64,000 nt of DNA from a virus (IMGVR_UViG_3300040801_001810:166194-230193); one strand, 5' to 3'; positions 45,552-54,284 are shown, counted from the first letter of the stretch. Program-made: numbers and translations. Notes: generated by a model not told the origin, from the letters alone.

Positions 45552-46853
45552 ATGAAAAAGAAATTAGTATTAGAAAAATATAATCATAATCCTTGTGGAG
45601 AAATAATGGAACCTAATAAAGAAAGTACTCTATATTCGTTTGCTATATATAATGGAAAAGATTTTACTGTAAGAAGCACAACAAATGATATAACATTAGC
45701 AAATTCTTTTGGCGGAACAAGAATAGAAAAAGAAAAAAGAGATAATAATGTTAATTACATGGACCTAATAGAACCAGTAATTCAAGAAGTAATTAGACAA
45801 CATATTAAGAATACACTTAGTAAATATGGAAAAGATTTAATAATAAAATATGGAACAGATAATCCTCTTGGAAAAGAAATAGGACAAGATAATGAAACAT
45901 TAGATAATCAAATAAATGATTTTTTAGATGGTCAATGGAATATTAAAAAATGGATTGTTATGAGCAGAAAATTTTGGCTTGAACCAAAATCAACTGAAGT
46001 ATCCTTTGAGCAAGCTTTACGTCAATTACGTATATCAAGAATACCAATGCTAATGCCAATAGCAGATATATATACTCATCATATAGAAGATAAAGATACT
46101 TCTTTTTATAGAAGACGAGGATATGCATCAGAATCACAAATAATTAATATTATACGAGACGGTCATCAAAATGATGATTATACATTAAGATTCATTAGAT
46201 ATGTTCATCCTATTACTCAACGATTAGTATTAACTGCATACAGTTTAGATGAATCAATACAAAATATAGATATATATAATGGAAAACCTATTAGTAGATC
46301 TATTAGAGAATTAATAGATTCAAATAAATTAGTAGCTTATTATGATTGGTATAAAGGAACAACAATTCGCCAAGGAGGACTATTTAGACTTCAATTGGTA
46401 CCAACAAGATCAGCAAAAGTTCCAACTAGAAAAAAGCTACAGAAAAAACGTGATGCTAAAATGTATCAAAGTGATATGCGTATTGTTGAAGATATAGTTG
46501 AAAAAGCTACCACTAGATTTTTAAAGACACGAATTCCAAAAATAGATAATAGTTTATTTAAGTTTAATTTTACTTATAACTATAGAACATATAGTTGCGC
46601 ATATAATAAAACTGTAACAACTATAAGTGAAAATCTTGCAATCTTTTTAAGTAAACTTCAAACTGAAAGAGGATATAAAGGACTATTATCAGAAATAAAA
46701 AAAGACATATTGTCTAATAATTTTATGAAAAGACAAAACATATTTCTAAAACATAAAGATCCAGATGTTAAATTTATGGGTGAATTTTTAGAATCAATCA
46801 AACCAAAAGGAGCAAGAAATGAATGTACCAAATCTGCCAGTAGCATCAAATGA
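45552..46853 (+). CDS. hypothetical protein (434 aa)
   Basis: ATG at 45552 (MKKKLVLEKY) after the terminator, in frame with track ORF 45522..46853. Confidence 0.5.
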   Translation: MKKKLVLEKYNHNPCGEIMEPNKESTLYSFAIYNGKDFTVRSTTNDITLANSFGGTRIEKEKRDNNVNYMDLIEPVIQEVIRQHIKNTLSKYGKDLIIKYGTDNPLGKEIGQDNETLDNQINDFLDGQWNIKKWIVMSRKFWLEPKSTEVSFEQALRQLRISRIPMLMPIADIYTHHIEDKDTSFYRRRGYASESQIINIIRDGHQNDDYTLRFIRYVHPITQRLVLTAYSLDESIQNIDIYNGKPISRSIRELIDSNKLVAYYDWYKGTTIRQGGLFRLQLVPTRSAKVPTRKKLQKKRDAKMYQSDMRIVEDIVEKATTRFLKTRIPKIDNSLFKFNFTYNYRTYSCAYNKTVTTISENLAIFLSKLQTERGYKGLLSEIKKDILSNNFMKRQNIFLKHKDPDVKFMGEFLESIKPKGARNECTKSASSIK

Positions 46854-47517
46854 ACAAATGAATAGAGAAGGAAATGCTCTTGTAGTACAAAGTGTTCAGC
46901 AACAACTTGGAATGAGTTCCGATGAAATTGCTAATGCTCGAGTAGCAGCGGTAGAAAATCATTTGCTTAAACTCCAAGATAGTATTTCAGACGAAATTTC
47001 AGGAATTGATTCATTAATAAAGGAAAAGAAAAAAGATCTTCATTTCAAAGATGATGAATGGAAATCAAAAGCAAAAGATGAATTTGAAGACAAATTTACA
47101 AAAGAACTAACAAAAGTATCTTTTGGAACAAAATTGGCTATTACTGTTAACTCATATAAAGTTACAAAAAAGGATAGCTCTACTGATCATGATCAAATCG
47201 AGCTTATTGCTTATCTAGCTAATATTGATGCCAAAAGTAGAGGATATGGTTCTGATGGAGTTAATATTGGAGCTAGCAAAGTAAAAATTCCAGCTACTGA
47301 TAAGAAAATTATTATTAAGCTTACTAAAGAAATTGAACCTTTGATTAGTAAAAAAGAAGAACTTCAACAAAAGCTTCTTAAAATTAGCGGAAAGCTAGCT
47401 AACCTTGATAGAGAAGAACGACAAGCTAAAGCATTGCTAGTTGCTTCAAAGGTTAACTCCTATGAAGGAGGAGCAGAATTTATGGAAGTAATCACTGGAA
47501 ATATGCCAGAGATTTAA
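46819..47517 (+). CDS. hypothetical coiled-coil protein
   Basis: 232-aa ORF. Confidence 0.45.
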   Translation: MNVPNLPVASNEQMNREGNALVVQSVQQQLGMSSDEIANARVAAVENHLLKLQDSISDEISGIDSLIKEKKKDLHFKDDEWKSKAKDEFEDKFTKELTKVSFGTKLAITVNSYKVTKKDSSTDHDQIELIAYLANIDAKSRGYGSDGVNIGASKVKIPATDKKIIIKLTKEIEPLISKKEELQQKLLKISGKLANLDREERQAKALLVASKVNSYEGGAEFMEVITGNMPEI

Positions 47518-47535
47518 TATTATAAAATCTAATAA

Positions 47536-47612
47536 GTACACTTCGTCTAATGCTCGGAAGGACGTCTAAGCACTTAAGCTCTACTTAGATATGTTGGTTC
47601 GAATCCAACAGT
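47536..47612 (+). pseudogene. degenerate tRNA-like element (good T-arm GTTGG-TTCGAAT-CCAAC and acceptor 3' strand, but imperfect acceptor 5' strand and 13-nt loops on the D- and anticodon-like arms)
   Basis: Read directly: GTACACT-TC-CGTC-(13)-GACG-T-CTAAG-(CACTTAAGCTCTA)-CTTAG-ATAT-GTTGG-TTCGAAT-CCAAC-AGTGGTC-T. Only 5/7 acceptor pairs. Confidence 0.3.
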
Positions 47613-47649
47613 GGTCTTATTAGTATAAATATATAATTAAGGACAAGAA

Positions 47650-47958
47650 ATGAAAAATAAAGGATTTACTTTAATTGAAGTCATAGTAGTAGCTATAATT
47701 ATATTAGTATTGGTATCAGTAGCTATTCCTATATTTCAAGGATATAAACAACTAGATGACACCATTACAATTGTTAATGGTAGAATCCAAAGTACTTCAA
47801 AAGAAGAAGTCATTGATAATACTGCAAAGTTTCTACATGATATTAAGAGCACTAAGAAACAGCTTAAACAAAAGCTGGATTCACTTGATGCAATTGAAAA
47901 CTTAGTAGCACCAACAGTAATAGAAACAGTATTTGTTAAGGATGATTGGGCAAGATGA
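47650..47958 (+). CDS. type IV pilin/pseudopilin-like protein (prepilin-type N-terminal domain)
   Basis: MKNKGFTLIEVIVVAIIILVLVSVAIPIF is a textbook class-III prepilin leader (G|FTLIE) followed by the hydrophobic alpha1 helix. Confidence 0.55.
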   Translation: MKNKGFTLIEVIVVAIIILVLVSVAIPIFQGYKQLDDTITIVNGRIQSTSKEEVIDNTAKFLHDIKSTKKQLKQKLDSLDAIENLVAPTVIETVFVKDDWAR

Positions 47959-48227
47959 AGAATAGATTAGAATTAGAAAGTTTTATAGAAATTGAATTTA
48001 AACTTTCTCCGACACAATATGTAGTTCAGCAAAATGGAAAAGGCATAGATATCTATGTTTATATAGCTATTAATAATACTCTTGTTCGAGTACGATTAAA
48101 TTCTCCTTATATGAATCATCTTACAGAACAAAGTGTTGGTTTAGCTATCAGTGGTGCTCTTGAAAAAATCAACTATGACTATAACAATGTTCAACAACCT
48201 GAAAATAATGTTGACATTTATCATTAA
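47946..48227 (+). CDS. hypothetical protein
   Basis: 93-aa ORF overlapping the pilin-like gene's end. Confidence 0.4.
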   Translation: MGKMKNRLELESFIEIEFKLSPTQYVVQQNGKGIDIYVYIAINNTLVRVRLNSPYMNHLTEQSVGLAISGALEKINYDYNNVQQPENNVDIYH

Positions 48228-48249
48228 ATAGACTATATTATATACACAT

Positions 48250-48326
48250 GCCGTTGTAACTCAGTTGGTCAGAGTAGCTGATTTGTAATCAGCCTGTCGG
48301 AGGTTCGACTCCTCTCAACGGCTCCA
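48250..48326 (+). tRNA. tRNA-Thr (anticodon TGT), CCA encoded
   Basis: GCCGTTG-TA-ACTC-AGTTGGTCA-GAGT-A-GCTGA-TTTGTAA-TCAGC-CTGTC-GGAGG-TTCGACT-CCTCT-CAACGGC-T-CCA. Confidence 0.8.
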
Positions 48327-48437
48327 TAAATTAAGGATTAACAATGTTCACATTAACTTACACATGTAAATGGTATAGAGTAGTCAAGAGATTATATCTC
48401 CTGGGGTGAACTTGTATTATCTAGTAACGTATACATA

Positions 48438-48466
48438 GGCAACCCCAAAAAGGTTGCCTTTTTTAT
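48438..48466 (+). terminator. rho-independent terminator
   Basis: GGCAACC-CCAAAAA-GGTTGCC followed by TTTTTTAT. Then TTGACA ... TATTAT promoter-like boxes before the 48507 gene. Confidence 0.55.
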
Positions 48467-48506
48467 TGCTCTTTGACATTATTAACAGACTAAGAACATA
48501 TTATAT

Positions 48507-49322
48507 ATGAAAAATAAGATTAAAGATATACTCACTATCTTAGAAAAAAAGCATGAAGTACAGATACTTTATGCTTGTGAATCAGGTAGTAGAGCATGGG
48601 GATTTGATTCAAAAGATAGTGATTGGGATATACGTTTTGTATATTTAAAAAGACCAAAAAATTACCTAACTGTATTCCCAAACGAACAATTGCATATAGA
48701 TCATAATAATAGTGAAGTATGTAAGAAATTTCTTGATTATGATTTAGATTTTGTCGGTTGGGATGTTAAAAAAGTATTATATCAGTTTAGTAAGGGAAAT
48801 CCAGATATGATTTCCTGGTTCTTCTCTCCAATAGTGTATAAATGTAATGATAATTTTCTTGGAACACTAAGAGTGCTTGGTAGTGAATTTTTTAAGAAAA
48901 AAGCAGCCTATTATCATTATATGCATATGGCTCAGAAAAATTACAATCAATACATAGCTAATCCTGAGACTAATAATATAAGAATTAAAAAGTACTTATA
49001 TGTTATACGCCCAATATTAGCGTGTATGTGGATTGAAACTTATGGTACTGAGCCACCAATGATAGTAGAAAATATTTATAATGATAGAGTTATTAATAAA
49101 TCATTATGTGATATGATGGTTTATATTCCTATAATTGAGTTAATTGCTGCTAAGAAAGCAGGAATTGAATTAGGCGAAGGCCCAAGAAGACCAATGTTAG
49201 ATGGATTTTGTGAAGGAATGATGAAGCATTATAAGACAATAGCTGATATAACTATTGTTAGTGAACCAGATTATAATAAACTTGATGACCTATTTAAACA
49301 TATTGTATCATTATACAACTAA
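48507..49322 (+). CDS. RlaP-type (pfam10127-like) nucleotidyltransferase
   Basis: LYACESGSRAWGFDSKDSDWDIRFVY matches the pol-beta-superfamily NTase signature (GS...G......SDxD) of the RlaP family associated with RNA repair/ligase operons. Confidence 0.5.
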   Translation: MKNKIKDILTILEKKHEVQILYACESGSRAWGFDSKDSDWDIRFVYLKRPKNYLTVFPNEQLHIDHNNSEVCKKFLDYDLDFVGWDVKKVLYQFSKGNPDMISWFFSPIVYKCNDNFLGTLRVLGSEFFKKKAAYYHYMHMAQKNYNQYIANPETNNIRIKKYLYVIRPILACMWIETYGTEPPMIVENIYNDRVINKSLCDMMVYIPIIELIAAKKAGIELGEGPRRPMLDGFCEGMMKHYKTIADITIVSEPDYNKLDDLFKHIVSLYN

Positions 49323-49332
49323 GGAGAAGAAC

Positions 49333-49779
49333 ATGCAGATGCCACTTTATTTTCATGTTAGAGGAGAAACAAATCTAGTAATTGATCAAGAGAAAAAGGA
49401 AATTGTTGATGTTGAAGTATCCCCAACAATTACTTTTTGTGTAGATAAATTTAACGACGAAACATTAACTGTTGGATATGCCGTTGTTCACGGAAATGAT
49501 CAATTCAATAAGAAAATTGGAAGAAACATAGCTAATGGGAGAATGAATAGTCTTCCTTATCTCAAAGCTTCCGATAATACACGAATTCATGTTGATGTTA
49601 AGAGACAACTTCCTGCTATTATTCATAGGGCAGCATGGATACTCAAGATGCAAGGCGAAATAAAGGCAATTATATCAAGTAATGTAAAGAATTCAAAAGT
49701 GAGATCATATACAGAAATTAAACAACATATTCCTACTGATACTGAAGTAAGTAATATGATTATGCATGACGACGTTTAA
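49333..49779 (+). CDS. hypothetical protein
   Basis: ATG 49333 after ctaaggagaagaacATG, in frame with track ORF 49255..49779. Confidence 0.45.
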   Translation: MQMPLYFHVRGETNLVIDQEKKEIVDVEVSPTITFCVDKFNDETLTVGYAVVHGNDQFNKKIGRNIANGRMNSLPYLKASDNTRIHVDVKRQLPAIIHRAAWILKMQGEIKAIISSNVKNSKVRSYTEIKQHIPTDTEVSNMIMHDDV

Positions 49780-49780
49780 T

Positions 49781-49866
49781 GGGCTAGAGGCAGATACGGT
49801 TAGCTGCGGCGGACTGTAAATCCGTTCCCTCTGGGTGTGTAGGTTCGAATCCTACCTAGCCCACCA
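49781..49866 (+). tRNA. tRNA-Tyr (anticodon GTA), type II with long variable arm, CCA encoded
   Basis: GGGCTAG-AG-GCAG-ATACGGTTAG-CTGC-G-GCGGA-CTGTAAA-TCCGT-TCCCTCTGGGTGT-GTAGG-TTCGAAT-CCTAC-CTAGCCC-A-CCA. Confidence 0.8.
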
Positions 49867-50060
49867 ATTTTAAGCATACTGAGAATAGGACTCAAGTGCG
49901 ACCACTAGTGAGGATAAAGGTAAATCCTATTTGAACTTTATCCAATAAAACTGCCCCGCTTGTCCTGTACCTATCTAGTGATCGTGGGATGTTATAATAA
50001 CAATTGTATAACATGAATCAGGACAGTATGCTTAATTAATTTTAACTACTGGAGGAAACA

Positions 50061-50231
50061 ATGAAGGTAGACAGACAAATGAGCGCATTAGAAAGACGCA
50101 CTAATGATCTTGAAATGTGGAAATTAAAGCTCAATGAAGAAAAAGATTCAGAAAAAAAAGAACAAATCAAGAAAAAGATAAAGATCTGTGAAACAGATAT
50201 AAATGGTTTAAAAAAGAACCTCAAAATTTAA
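50061..50231 (+). CDS. small Lys-rich coiled-coil protein (56 aa)
   Basis: ctactggaggaaacaATG. Below track cutoff. The minus-strand track ORF 50042..50224 is its antisense artefact. Confidence 0.4.
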   Translation: MKVDRQMSALERRTNDLEMWKLKLNEEKDSEKKEQIKKKIKICETDINGLKKNLKI

Positions 50232-50309
50232 GGCTCCATAGCCAAGTGGAATTTAAGGCTCTCGGTTGCAACCCGAGGATCGTGGGTTCGAATCCCTCTG
50301 GGGCCTCCA
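50232..50309 (+). tRNA. tRNA-Cys (anticodon GCA), CCA encoded
   Basis: GGCTCCA-TA-GCC-AAGTGGAATTTAA-GGC-T-CTCGG-TTGCAAC-CCGAG-...-TTCGAAT-...-TGGGGCC-T-CCA. Long D-loop. Confidence 0.7.
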
Positions 50310-50328
50310 CTTTAAAAGGATATAAACA

Positions 50329-50634
50329 GTGAAGGTTGGAACATTAGTTAAGTTAAAATGCGAATGCCTTGGAAATCCACCTGGAACTGTAGGAGTTTGC
50401 TATGAAGAATATGATCTAGGCGGAGATCATGGATCATCATTTATATTTGAAAATGGAAATTACGATGGATTTTCAATTGAAGACCAAAGATTATTTCTAG
50501 AAAGGATAGGACACTATCCATTAACATATGTATTTACTAATGTAATGAAACTAAGTGAAGATTATAATAACAAAGTCTTTGAAGGAGCATTACATATATT
50601 TGGAAGAGAAGGCGATAAGCCATGTGGTTCATAG
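50329..50634 (+). CDS. hypothetical protein
   Basis: 101-aa ORF with GTG start in the track. Confidence 0.4.
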   Translation: MKVGTLVKLKCECLGNPPGTVGVCYEEYDLGGDHGSSFIFENGNYDGFSIEDQRLFLERIGHYPLTYVFTNVMKLSEDYNNKVFEGALHIFGREGDKPCGS

Positions 50635-51236
50635 GTGATATTCATGGATTATTCTATGAATATAAAACATTAATAGCTAAAATGAATGAAAGTATTCAAT
50701 TAGGTGATTTTGGAATTGGATTTCCAAAGATATATCAAATGGATAAAGAAGATATTCAGCCATTATATACTTGGTGTCAAGTACCAACTCAACATAGATT
50801 TATTCGTGGTAATCATGATAATCCTTTAGTTTGTAAGGATAGTCTAAATTACTTAGGTGATTTTGGTTTATATAAAGAAAAGATATTTTACGTTTCTGGA
50901 GCTTGGTCAATAGATCAAGAGTGGAGAACGCCTGGAGTATCTTGGTGGGAAGGAGAACAACTAGGTCCAAAGGAATGCTATGATTGCTTCGACAAATATG
51001 TGGAATGCAAACCTGAAATAGTTGTTTCTCATGAATGTCCTCTAAGTTTAGTAAGTATGATGGGATTTAATCCTCCGTATCCTTCAAGAACAAATCAGTT
51101 GCTTGAAATGATGTTTAACGCTCATCAACCAAAATGGTGGTTATTTGGACACTTCCATCAGTCTTGGGATAAAATTATACTTGGGACTCACTTTAAATGC
51201 TTAAACTCACTAGAAATATTTGAGTTAAAATTATGA
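50622..51236 (+). CDS. calcineurin-like metallophosphoesterase
   Basis: MWFIGDIHG (GDxHG), LGDFGIG (GDxx), RGNHDN (GNH[DE]) in canonical order. Confidence 0.6.
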   Translation: MWFIGDIHGLFYEYKTLIAKMNESIQLGDFGIGFPKIYQMDKEDIQPLYTWCQVPTQHRFIRGNHDNPLVCKDSLNYLGDFGLYKEKIFYVSGAWSIDQEWRTPGVSWWEGEQLGPKECYDCFDKYVECKPEIVVSHECPLSLVSMMGFNPPYPSRTNQLLEMMFNAHQPKWWLFGHFHQSWDKIILGTHFKCLNSLEIFELKL

Positions 51237-51493
51237 TAGCTATTATTATTAAACGAGATTTTGAATTTTCAAGAACTAATAAACTTAAGGAAGTAGCAGA
51301 GTTTCTTCAAGTAATATTATTAAAATTAAATGAACTAAAAGATTTATCTGATAGAAAAGTTAGAGAAGTAATTTCAAAAGAAATTGAAACTCTAAAAAAG
51401 CAAAGTAAATCAAACATGTCCATTTACGATAAATCAACTATCAACTTTAATATAGCTATTCTTAGAAAGTATTTATCTAAAAGATTGAAGTAA
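51233..51493 (+). CDS. hypothetical protein
   Basis: 86-aa ORF. Confidence 0.4.
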   Translation: MIAIIIKRDFEFSRTNKLKEVAEFLQVILLKLNELKDLSDRKVREVISKEIETLKKQSKSNMSIYDKSTINFNIAILRKYLSKRLK

Positions 51494-51499
51494 CACTTT

Positions 51500-51580
51500 A
51501 GGGTAGTAGGATAATTGGTAATCCAGCGGTCTCCAAAACCGTGCCGAGAGGCTTTGGGGGTTCGAGTCCCTCCTACCCTG
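51500..51580 (+). tRNA. tRNA-Trp (anticodon CCA) with atypical 13-nt variable arm
   Basis: AGGGTAG-TA-GGAT-AATTGGTA-ATCC-A-GCGGT-CTCCAAA-ACCGT-GCCGAGAGGCTTT-GGGGG-TTCGAGT-CCCTC-CTACCCT-G. Anticodon stem-loop and T-arm closely resemble E. coli tRNA-Trp, with G73. Confidence 0.65.
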
Positions 51581-51594
51581 TAAAGGATAAACTA

Positions 51595-52020
51595 ATGAAT
51601 ACTAGAAATCTGATTAAAAAAGTAGCCAAATATAAAAAAGTATTCGGAGAAGATAAAGATGTACTTATTATTGATACAGATGGAGTAAAGTATCATATCA
51701 ATAATACAGAAAGTACAAAAACATCATTTATAATTCATATTGATTCACAAGCTAAAGCTCCAATTACATGTCCTATATGTAAAAAGGGAAAAGCTTATTG
51801 GTTCAATGAATTTGGAACATATGTATGTACAAAGTGCAACCAATCAGTAGAATCCCAGGGTGGCTTCCAAGATTCATTAGAGTTTGGAAGACAAAAAAGA
51901 AGAATAAAAAGAGAACCACCATCTCTAGAAGATGTAATAATTCCAAGCAAGGAGATAGCTTATGGGAGGAAATCCAGAGCTATCTTACTGCGTCACTTAG
52001 ATGAAATAACGGGTCCATAA
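51595..52020 (+). CDS. zinc-ribbon protein
   Basis: ATG 51595 after taaaggataaactaATG. The track start at 51541 would overlap the tRNA. CPICKKG...CTKC. Confidence 0.45.
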   Translation: MNTRNLIKKVAKYKKVFGEDKDVLIIDTDGVKYHINNTESTKTSFIIHIDSQAKAPITCPICKKGKAYWFNEFGTYVCTKCNQSVESQGGFQDSLEFGRQKRRIKREPPSLEDVIIPSKEIAYGRKSRAILLRHLDEITGP

Positions 52021-52086
52021 TTCAGTAGGTAGAATAACTCCCTTTTAAGGAGTAGGTCGCAGGTTCGATCCCTGCTGGACCCACCA
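52011..52086 (+). tRNA. tRNA-Lys (anticodon TTT), CCA encoded
   Basis: GGGTCCA-TA-ATTC-AGTAGGTA-GAAT-A-ACTCC-CTTTTAA-GGAGT-AGGTC-GCAGG-TTCGATC-CCTGC-TGGACCC-A-CCA. Confidence 0.8.
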
Positions 52087-52100
52087 TTTTTTGGAGAATC

Positions 52101-52451
52101 ATGGAAAAACCAAAGATTAATGATTTAATTACAAACATACTTATAATTATTGTATGTACTTGTAGTATTATATTATGTAATCAGTTATTCCAAAATGTAA
52201 AACATATTAACGAGTTATCTCTTTTGGTTAAACAACAAGAGAAGCTATCAGCTGCAAGACAAGGTTATTTGAATAGACGAATAGATCTAGTTGATCTAGC
52301 AGCAAGAGACGCAACCATTACAGCTAATTCGGCTTGGGATCAAGCTGATAAAACTCGCACAGATGATAGTTGGATGGAAGGTCGAACAACAGAGGAAATA
52401 GACTCAATATGGAACGATCACGCAGTCAACAAAACGCCGCTACCAGAATAG
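52101..52451 (+). CDS. membrane-anchored hypothetical protein
   Basis: 116 aa with N-terminal TM helix. Confidence 0.45.
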   Translation: MEKPKINDLITNILIIIVCTCSIILCNQLFQNVKHINELSLLVKQQEKLSAARQGYLNRRIDLVDLAARDATITANSAWDQADKTRTDDSWMEGRTTEEIDSIWNDHAVNKTPLPE

Positions 52452-53758
52452 TAGAAATACTACAAATAGCTGGATACGAAGCAGTATTTGCGGGTGGTTG
52501 TGTTCGTGATATGATCATGGGAAAGGAACCAGAAGATTATGACATTGCAACCAATGCAACCCCAGATAAAGTCAAAGATATTTTTCCTGGATCCGATCTC
52601 GTTGGTGAATCCTTCGGGGTCGTCATTGTCAAGATCAAAGATCTCGGCTATAGTTTCGAAGTTGCGACATATCGTCAAGATGGAGAATATAAAGATGGTC
52701 GTAGGCCAGAGGATGTTAAGTTCGTACTTTCCAAAGAAGAAGACGCAGCAAGACGAGACTTCACAATAAATGCAATGTTCTATGATCCTATTAGTAAACA
52801 AATATATGATTACTTTGATGGACAAAAAGATCTTAAACAAGGATTAATTAGATTTGTTGGAGATCCTAATAAACGAATCAAAGAAGATAAACTTAGAATG
52901 CTTAGAGCTATTAGGTTCGCAGCTAGATTTAGTTTTGATTTTGATACATTGTCATTTGAATCTATTAAGTATCATGCTCCTTCTATATTAGATATAGCTA
53001 ATGAAAGAATTGGTATTGAATTCAATAAAGCATTTGAACAATGTGATGCAAGAGGCAGAAGAAGCTTTATATCAGCTATGTATGATAGTGCTCTACTCGA
53101 AGTATTACTTCCTGAAGTTATAGCTATGATAGGTTGCGAGCAATCTCCAGAACATCATCCTGAAGGAGATGTATGGATACATACTTTACAAGTATTGTTC
53201 TATCTTCCAGACGATGCAAGTGCTGAATTATGTTGGGCTGGTCTATTACATGATGTAGGTAAACCTCCTATGCAAGTATGGGATCCAGTAGATGTTCGTT
53301 GGAGATTTAATAGCCATGATAGTACTGGTCAGACCATGACCAAGAATATACTTGAGCGATTTAAGTATAGTAATGACTTCATAGAACATGTTGCCAATTT
53401 AGTTGGCGGACACATGAAGTTTATATTCGTGAGACAAATGCGTCTATCTAAATTTAAAAGATTTCTAGCTCAAGATCGTTTTGGTGATCATCTTCATCTA
53501 CATAGAGCTGATTGTCTATCTAGTCATGGCAAGCTAACCAATTGGGAAATATGTATAGCTGAAGCAGAAAAGCTTATGGATGAAGGTATACAAGTAGATA
53601 AACTTCCAGATAGATTAGTTAATGGTAATGATTTAATAGAACTAGGATTTAATCCTAGTCCAGAATTTAAACCAATACTAGAAAATGCATTAGATATGCA
53701 ATTAGAAGGATCAACTAGAGAAGAAATATTAGAAGTAATTAAAAATTTGCCCCGTTAG
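52370..53758 (+). CDS. cca: CCA-adding tRNA nucleotidyltransferase with HD domain
   Basis: Head domain AVFAGGCVRDMIMGKEPEDYDIATNATP (GGxVRD...DxD). HD motif GLLHDVGK. A probable real start is near 52411. Confidence 0.75.
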   Translation: MDGRSNNRGNRLNMERSRSQQNAATRIVEILQIAGYEAVFAGGCVRDMIMGKEPEDYDIATNATPDKVKDIFPGSDLVGESFGVVIVKIKDLGYSFEVATYRQDGEYKDGRRPEDVKFVLSKEEDAARRDFTINAMFYDPISKQIYDYFDGQKDLKQGLIRFVGDPNKRIKEDKLRMLRAIRFAARFSFDFDTLSFESIKYHAPSILDIANERIGIEFNKAFEQCDARGRRSFISAMYDSALLEVLLPEVIAMIGCEQSPEHHPEGDVWIHTLQVLFYLPDDASAELCWAGLLHDVGKPPMQVWDPVDVRWRFNSHDSTGQTMTKNILERFKYSNDFIEHVANLVGGHMKFIFVRQMRLSKFKRFLAQDRFGDHLHLHRADCLSSHGKLTNWEICIAEAEKLMDEGIQVDKLPDRLVNGNDLIELGFNPSPEFKPILENALDMQLEGSTREEILEVIKNLPR

Positions 53759-53823
53759 CTCAGACAGGTTAGAGCACCTGGTTTACATCCAGGGTGTCGG
53801 TGGTTCGAATCCATCACGGGGTA
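53749..53823 (+). tRNA. tRNA-Val (anticodon TAC)
   Basis: GCCCCGT-TA-GCTC-AGACAGGTTA-GAGC-A-CCTGG-TTTACAT-CCAGG-GTGTC-GGTGG-TTCGAAT-CCATC-ACGGGGT-A. Overlaps the last codons of cca. Confidence 0.8.
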
Positions 53824-53833
53824 CTAAACCATT

Positions 53834-54088
53834 ATGAAAAAATTTGCAACTGGTACAATAGTCAAAAGCAAAGATAAAATATACATAATCATCGATGAAA
53901 AAAGGATGATACCAATTGACTCAACTAATTGTACAAGGTGGATTCGAGAAGATGATAATATAGAATTTATAGCCGAAAATGTGTGGTATTTTATACAGAA
54001 CACTATTGAAAAGGCAACTACAATACTTGATAAACCTGAAAAAGTTGTTAAAGTACCAAAGAAAGTAAATATGAGGAAATCATGGTAA
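53834..54088 (+). CDS. hypothetical protein
   Basis: 84-aa ORF. Confidence 0.4.
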   Translation: MKKFATGTIVKSKDKIYIIIDEKRMIPIDSTNCTRWIREDDNIEFIAENVWYFIQNTIEKATTILDKPEKVVKVPKKVNMRKSW

Positions 54089-54282
54089 GAACTTGGACAG
54101 TAGAAGGTTCTGAAGATGCTATCAAACAACTAGCTAAATTATTTGGTAAAGCAAGAATACAAGAAAAAGATGGAACCAAAGAAATACTTGAATATCAATG
54201 GTGGAACGGACCTAACTCTTATATTCGTATCATAGATAAAGAAGAAGGTGAATCATATTTTACCAAAGCGGCTACGGAGTAA
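54082..54282 (+). CDS. hypothetical protein
   Basis: 66-aa ORF. Confidence 0.35.
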   Translation: MVRTWTVEGSEDAIKQLAKLFGKARIQEKDGTKEILEYQWWNGPNSYIRIIDKEEGESYFTKAATE

Positions 54283-54284
54283 AT

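Noticed and set aside
50042-50224. Minus-strand 60-aa ORF
   Set aside because: Antisense to a plus-strand small gene that has a canonical GGAGG RBS and a Lys-rich coiled-coil product.
51541-51594. 5' extension of the 51541-52020 ORF
   Set aside because: Would overlap the tRNA-Trp. An internal ATG at 51595 has an AAGGA RBS.
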